Origin: a virus
Taxonomy: Duplodnaviria; Caudoviricetes
Length of the DNA: 61,945 nt
IMG/VR virus record: IMGVR_UViG_3300046005_001016
Coordinates: 1 to 61,945 of that record
Direction: 5' to 3' (one strand)
The notes under the pieces are model-generated. The model worked only from the letters and a program-made list of their open reading frames with translations. It was not told the origin of the DNA and searched no databases. Positions 57,761 through 61,945 of the stretch are shown in pieces (positions within the stretch are counted from its first letter, which is position 1; every line of letters begins with the position of its first letter). Made by a program: the position numbers and the translations under genes.

Positions 57761-59286
57761 GTTCGCTCACTGCCTTCTGGTGGCCCAACAGCGTCCTCCG
57801 GGAACAGCGCCGCCATGTACTTGGCAATGTCCGCGTTACCCGCCAGCGCGCCAACCATCATGATTCCCGCCTTGGTGGAGTTCAGTAGGTGGTCACTCGC
57901 CGCAGTTCTCGCGTCTTCTGTGGTGTACTGCGGGTCTTTCAGGATGGACGCAAGCTGGCTGGTGTAGTTATTCATCAGCGTAGTTGCAGACGCGGAGCCT
58001 TGAATGAACTGACGCGCTTGCGTGTCCTTGATCCCAAGCGCTGCCGCCGCTTCAGTTTGCGTCTTGATGTTCGCGCCGGACTGTGCGTTGTTGGCCGCGT
58101 TGGTTGCCAATGTGGTCGCGTTACTTGAAGCGTTATTGGCAATCGACGTTGCGTTGTTCGATGTGTTCATTGCCAGCGAAGTCGCATTACTTGCTGCGTT
58201 GGTTGCCAGTTGCGTAGCTGCATTGGTGCCTGTGTTGGCAATACTCACTGCATTTCCAGCGTTCTCCGATGCGGACTTGCCGTACATGTTCGCGTCCGCA
58301 GTGGCAATCGGCACAGCACTCTTGAGCATTGCGTCCTGTACGCCGGTCTGGGCCATGCTGCTGTTTATCATCCCACGATCTGCCGCGACTTGCAGACCTG
58401 TGGTCTGGGCTTGCTGCATCAGTGGGTTGTTGGGGTCAAGAATGCCCTTTAGCTGACCCTGAACTGTCATCTTGCTGGGGTCAACTTGCCATGATGTGTT
58501 GGCCGGTGGTTGACCGGCTGCGCCCGCCGCGCCTGCTGCCGGGGATGCTGCTGGTGTGTACCCGTACTGGGATTTCCACGCTGCGGCAATGTCTGGGTTG
58601 GCTGCTGCCAATGCGCCCATGTCCGCATTTGCGGCAATTACCGTACCCGCACCAGTATCCCCTTGGCGCAAGTAGGTGGCGGTGCCGTCTGCGTTGCGGG
58701 TCAGTGTGCCATTGGCCCACGCTTGTGATGAGCCGGGTGTCGATGACCCCCAATACTTCGACCAGTCTGCCTGCATGTTGGGGGCGGCTGATGTTGTTGC
58801 TGCTGGCTGCGTACCCGTGTTGCCTGCACCAGCCGCTGCACCAGCGGCACCCGCGTTACCCACGATACCACCGGGGTTCTTTGCATACCAGTCTTGCACA
58901 TACAGGCGGTTGGGGTCGTTGGGGTTGGCATCGAAGTACGCTTGGTTTTCGGCAGCACTGCCTCCGTGCGTAGCGAGGGATGGCGCTTTGGACGCTACTG
59001 AAGCTGCGTAGGCTTTAGCGGCTGGATCGACCTCATAGCCGTATTGCGACTTCCATTGATCCGCAACCCCGGCGTTCAGGTCTGCCAGCGATTGCAGCGA
59101 GTTGTCGCCGAAGTTGCTCTCGATCTTTGTTCCGCCGTTGATTGCATTGGGTGCGGAGTAGTTGGCGCTGCCGTCCGCGTTCTTGGTGAGCATTCCGCCG
59201 CCCCATGCCGTCGCGTCCCCGGCTTTCGATGTGTTGAAGTAATTGGTGAAGTCGTTCTTCATTGCACCCGTGATGATTCCGGCCAT
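57757..59286 (-). CDS. Internal virion/pilot protein
   Basis: TVQGQL...NPLMQQA...RG..NSSMA motif; N/A/T-rich repeats. Confidence 0.65.
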   Translation of the reverse strand: MAGIITGAMKNDFTNYFNTSKAGDATAWGGGMLTKNADGSANYSAPNAINGGTKIESNFGDNSLQSLADLNAGVADQWKSQYGYEVDPAAKAYAASVASKAPSLATHGGSAAENQAYFDANPNDPNRLYVQDWYAKNPGGIVGNAGAAGAAAGAGNTGTQPAATTSAAPNMQADWSKYWGSSTPGSSQAWANGTLTRNADGTATYLRQGDTGAGTVIAANADMGALAAANPDIAAAWKSQYGYTPAASPAAGAAGAAGQPPANTSWQVDPSKMTVQGQLKGILDPNNPLMQQAQTTGLQVAADRGMINSSMAQTGVQDAMLKSAVPIATADANMYGKSASENAGNAVSIANTGTNAATQLATNAASNATSLAMNTSNNATSIANNASSNATTLATNAANNAQSGANIKTQTEAAAALGIKDTQARQFIQGSASATTLMNNYTSQLASILKDPQYTTEDARTAASDHLLNSTKAGIMMVGALAGNADIAKYMAALFPEDAVGPPEGSERT

Positions 59287-59297
59287 AGTGTCTCCTG

Positions 59298-59765
59298 TTA
59301 GTTCAATGCGTTACGAGCGAAGCTGTAGGCGGCTTGGCACTCGGTAAGGTCAATTCGTAATTTGTCGGCGCGTCCAGATTCCCTGACAAGAAATTCAGCA
59401 TCCTGTCGGAAAAGGCTGGCCCCGGTACAGCTTGATCCAGCGGCGGCAGCGTCGGGCAAATCGCTCGAACCAGAACGCGGGGCACGGTTGTGCAGGCTGT
59501 TAAGAGCCACAGCGAGATCATCGCCAAGCTTAGTGATTTGCGCATTTTTGGCCTTTCGGAGTTTGTCGGAATTGGCTTGTAGTGATGTGGTGGCTGCTGC
59601 TGCGTCGGCCATGAGCCTTGCGGTCTGCTCTGCTTGAGAGAGCTTGTCAGCCGCCCACTCCGCCTGAACCAAGGACTCACCCATCGTGTAGGCTTTCCAG
59701 TGGGTCGCGGCCAGCGTTATCGCTATTCCGATAACGGCCAAGACGCGCCAGTTAATCAGCATCAA
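59298..59765 (-). CDS. Rz: Inner-membrane spanin (Rz-like)
   Basis: N-terminal TM segment, coiled coil, AD.LR..L..CQ C-terminus; follows the endolysin. Confidence 0.75.
   Translation of the reverse strand: MMLINWRVLAVIGIAITLAATHWKAYTMGESLVQAEWAADKLSQAEQTARLMADAAAATTSLQANSDKLRKAKNAQITKLGDDLAVALNSLHNRAPRSGSSDLPDAAAAGSSCTGASLFRQDAEFLVRESGRADKLRIDLTECQAAYSFARNALN
59303..59545 (-). CDS. Rz1: Outer-membrane lipoprotein spanin embedded in Rz
   Basis: MRKSLSLAMISLWLLTAC lipobox; Pro-rich; alternate frame inside Rz. Confidence 0.8.
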   Translation of the reverse strand: MRKSLSLAMISLWLLTACTTVPRVLVRAICPTLPPLDQAVPGPAFSDRMLNFLSGNLDAPTNYELTLPSAKPPTASLVTH

Positions 59766-60442
59766 ATCGCACCCCGTGCGCGGTTCTGGTATCGCTCAAA
59801 GATGATGTAGGCCACGGCAGCGAGCGCCACAATACCCAGCACTGGCACAACCCAATCTCCCAAGCTGGATAGGCTGTACTTCACGTTTGAGATGCTGTCT
59901 GCAACCTGTGTGGCAGTTGCGAGAGCGGCTGTGCCACCAGCAATCACCGTGGTGCTGCTGGTCATAGGCTTGGGCTCGTCTACCGCTTGGGGCATGGGGT
60001 CATCCGCTTGCGCGTATGGGCTGGGTGTGAGGTAAAGCGCGGCCTCCGCAGCACGTCTGCGCGTCAGGCCTGCAACGGGTTTTCCAGCCACCTTGTTCCA
60101 CATGCCAAACGCACGGGCTGCAGCTTGCTTGTCCCCCCGGTTATGCGCCTTCACCACAGTTGACTTCTTCATGCCCGCAATGCCGATATTCCACGCCAAG
60201 CTGACAAGGGCAGAAAACTCATGCTCATTTACCACTCCGCCCGTTGCGGTCATGACTGCATCCTCGTACTGCCGTATTTCCGATTTCAGCCGCGCATTGC
60301 ACTGAGCTTGCGTCATTACGTCGCCGGGTTGCACACCCTTAGTAAAGCCATAGCCAATTGTGTTTACTCCAGCGCTGCATTTGTAAGCCTTAAGCTTGCA
60401 GCCTTCAAATTCTTTTAGTAAGGTCAAGTCAGCGATCATCAT
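59762..60442 (-). CDS. GH24 lysozyme endolysin with C-terminal membrane segments
   Basis: FEG..L.AYKCSAGV.TIGYG, ALVS.A.NIG, GL.RRR.AE..L; hydrophobic C-terminus. Confidence 0.92.
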   Translation of the reverse strand: MMIADLTLLKEFEGCKLKAYKCSAGVNTIGYGFTKGVQPGDVMTQAQCNARLKSEIRQYEDAVMTATGGVVNEHEFSALVSLAWNIGIAGMKKSTVVKAHNRGDKQAAARAFGMWNKVAGKPVAGLTRRRAAEAALYLTPSPYAQADDPMPQAVDEPKPMTSSTTVIAGGTAALATATQVADSISNVKYSLSSLGDWVVPVLGIVALAAVAYIIFERYQNRARGAI

Positions 60443-60807
60443 TTCAGCCCCACCTTCGCAGCCACAAACATGGCAACAATCACGACCACTGCCAGCACAG
60501 CCTTATCAATCCATGCGCTTGTGCGCTTGCTGTCAACACTGGCAAGCTCCAGTGCAGACAACTTTGTGCGGACAAAAGTTACCTCGTCCTCGACCCGTTT
60601 GATGGCGTTGAATGCCCGTTCTTGCGCTTGATTCGCGCTGACTTGGCGTTCTTCCATGACTGCTAATTTAGTGACGGCCTCGGCCATCTTTCGCATGTCA
60701 CCCTTCAAATCGTCAAACGATGACTCAAAGGATTCAAGACGGGCGGCGACCCGCGCCATGCTGGAATCCGGCACTCGTCGGTCGGGCTGGATAAATTCTG
60801 CGGTCAT
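60439..60807 (-). CDS. Coiled-coil protein with C-terminal TM segment (holin/antiholin candidate)
   Basis: Start MTAEF; ends AVLAVVVIVAMFVAAKVGLK; directly before the endolysin. Confidence 0.55.
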   Translation of the reverse strand: MTAEFIQPDRRVPDSSMARVAARLESFESSFDDLKGDMRKMAEAVTKLAVMEERQVSANQAQERAFNAIKRVEDEVTFVRTKLSALELASVDSKRTSAWIDKAVLAVVVIVAMFVAAKVGLK

Positions 60808-61034
60808 GCTCTTGGCCCCGGTGCGTAGATATGCTGTCGGAAGAACCAATCTTTTTTGCAATGGTCACGCTCCCAGACGTAAAACATCAGGTCGATGAAA
60901 TGGTGAGTGAAGCCAAAGAATCTCCCCGTGACATGTGCGTTGTAAGCCGCACTGGAAAGGGTTTCTCTTGGCTTGCCACCCAGCAGACTCATCAGCCAGA
61001 TGTCTAGGACAACCGCGTGTTCAAACGCTGTCAC
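60804..61034 (-). CDS. Hypothetical protein
   Basis: D...N/S.LLGG...ETLSS....ID..F....DHC motif. Confidence 0.6.
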   Translation of the reverse strand: MTAFEHAVVLDIWLMSLLGGKPRETLSSAAYNAHVTGRFFGFTHHFIDLMFYVWERDHCKKDWFFRQHIYAPGPRA

Positions 61035-61372
61035 GCTACGATCTCAACTGCACGACCAGCAGCAAGCAAGCCGATGGACTCAAGCAGGGTCAACCCGCCC
61101 AAAGTGTCAGGGTCAGCAAGATCAATAAACTCAGCCAGCAGAAATTGCTGCCAGTAGTAATCAACGGTTGTATTCGCAGCCGCTGCGGTTTTGATAGCGC
61201 CGTACTCTGCGGGTGTGAATAGCTTGAGAAATTCGCGCTTGCTGATGGGAGAGCGAACGACAACCGCAACAGGATCATCAGGAAGCAACGTGTAGTCGTT
61301 TGGATGCAGTGCATCAACAAAGGCTTGGTCAGCAATGATGATGTTGCCGGTGGATGTGATTTTGTATTTCAT
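61031..61372 (-). CDS. Tail-fibre-associated/assembly protein
   Basis: Follows the fibre gene; ISK..FL..FT..E...IDL.DP....GL..L...GLL...RA..I. Confidence 0.55.
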   Translation of the reverse strand: MKYKITSTGNIIIADQAFVDALHPNDYTLLPDDPVAVVVRSPISKREFLKLFTPAEYGAIKTAAAANTTVDYYWQQFLLAEFIDLADPDTLGGLTLLESIGLLAAGRAVEIVA

Positions 61373-61375
61373 GAT

Positions 61376-61945
61376 TTATCCAATCCGTTCTATAACGATG
61401 AGACCGTTGCCGCCGCGCCCTGAAGTCGCAGAAGATACATCGCTAATAGCCCCTCCGGAGCCGCCGCCAAACCCATTGTTCCCTGATAGGCTTACAAAGC
61501 CCGTAGACCCAGCACCGCCGCTACCTCCGCACATATAAGCGCCTTGAGTTGATGGGGTAAGTCCCCCGCCTAAAGTGCCACCGCCGTTTTCCTGCCCGGC
61601 AGTGCCGTACAGTGACCTGAACGGATTGACCTCCGAAGCAAAGTACAGCGGTGTTGTGCCAGACCGGAAAATCCCAGCGCCAATACTTGCGCCACCAGCG
61701 CCTACGCCACCAATTAATGCTGATGTGGCTGGGCCACAAGAGCCGCCACCCGCAGAGTCTGTTACTGCTATGCCTATCCACCCGGCACCGCCAACTCCAC
61801 CGCCGCCGCCGCCGCCGCCATTTACTCCGGTGTGGGTGGAACTCCCCCCAGCACCGCCGGTTCCTTTTGGTGACCCACTAGAGCCGCCACCTCCAGCGTT
61901 TCCCTTTCCCGTTGTGTGGGTTGCGAGTCCGCCCACCCCGCCCGT
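61376..61945 (-). CDS. Glycine-rich tail fibre/virion protein, 3' part
   Basis: Gly-rich ORF ending SGRGGNGLIVIERIG; same frame as the 577 start. Confidence 0.8.
   Translation of the reverse strand, partial: TGGVGGLATHTTGKGNAGGGGSSGSPKGTGGAGGSSTHTGVNGGGGGGGGVGGAGWIGIAVTDSAGGGSCGPATSALIGGVGAGGASIGAGIFRSGTTPLYFASEVNPFRSLYGTAGQENGGGTLGGGLTPSTQGAYMCGGSGGAGSTGFVSLSGNNGFGGGSGGAISDVSSATSGRGGNGLIVIERIG
61819..61944. repeat. Terminal overlap, right copy
   Basis: Identical to 1-126. Confidence 0.95.

Noticed and set aside
61819-61945. Terminal repeat as a biological DTR, and the last-base mismatch as tail-fibre variation
   Set aside because: It falls mid-gene and its length (126-127 nt) matches a common assembler k-mer overlap; one terminal mismatch is not evidence of diversification
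1-61945. Diversity-generating retroelement or retron
   Set aside because: No reverse transcriptase ORF and no template/variable repeat pair seen

Overview
The window looks like one complete circular genome (about 61.8 kb) of a temperate podovirus-like dsDNA phage. The first 126 nt recur at 61819-61944 and a glycine-rich tail gene reads through the join. A betaproteobacterial host is my inference, from a tRNA-Leu-type attP core, an IHF site and an Rz/Rz1 spanin pair. The leftward late operon holds terS, terL with a mini-intein, a P22-type portal, an N4-gp56-type capsid, tail and lysis genes, ejection proteins and two large polyvalent proteins. A rightward early module (18.0-21.9 kb) ends in a C4-antisense-RNA-controlled Rha gene. 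A leftward block encodes primase-VapE, an origin, VRR-NUC, an SNF2 helicase and a Q-like regulator. An XRE repressor precedes a rightward replication block (Cas4-like nuclease, SSB, PolA, nucleotide-related enzymes), followed by a tyrosine integrase and attP. The strongest unexplained signals are three. (1) About 18 copies of a quasi-palindromic motif (core TAGTTCGACTA) lie at promoters, stop codons and inside genes, mostly co-oriented with transcription. (2) A non-coding palindrome array downstream of rha repeats exactly a palindrome inside the rha coding sequence. (3) The polyvalent proteins carry GNAT-like, ADP-ribosyltransferase and zincin modules separated by a repeated [AFY]-S-T-x-R linker, with candidate overprinted small ORFs. 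All family calls come from motif recognition by eye; no database searches were run.
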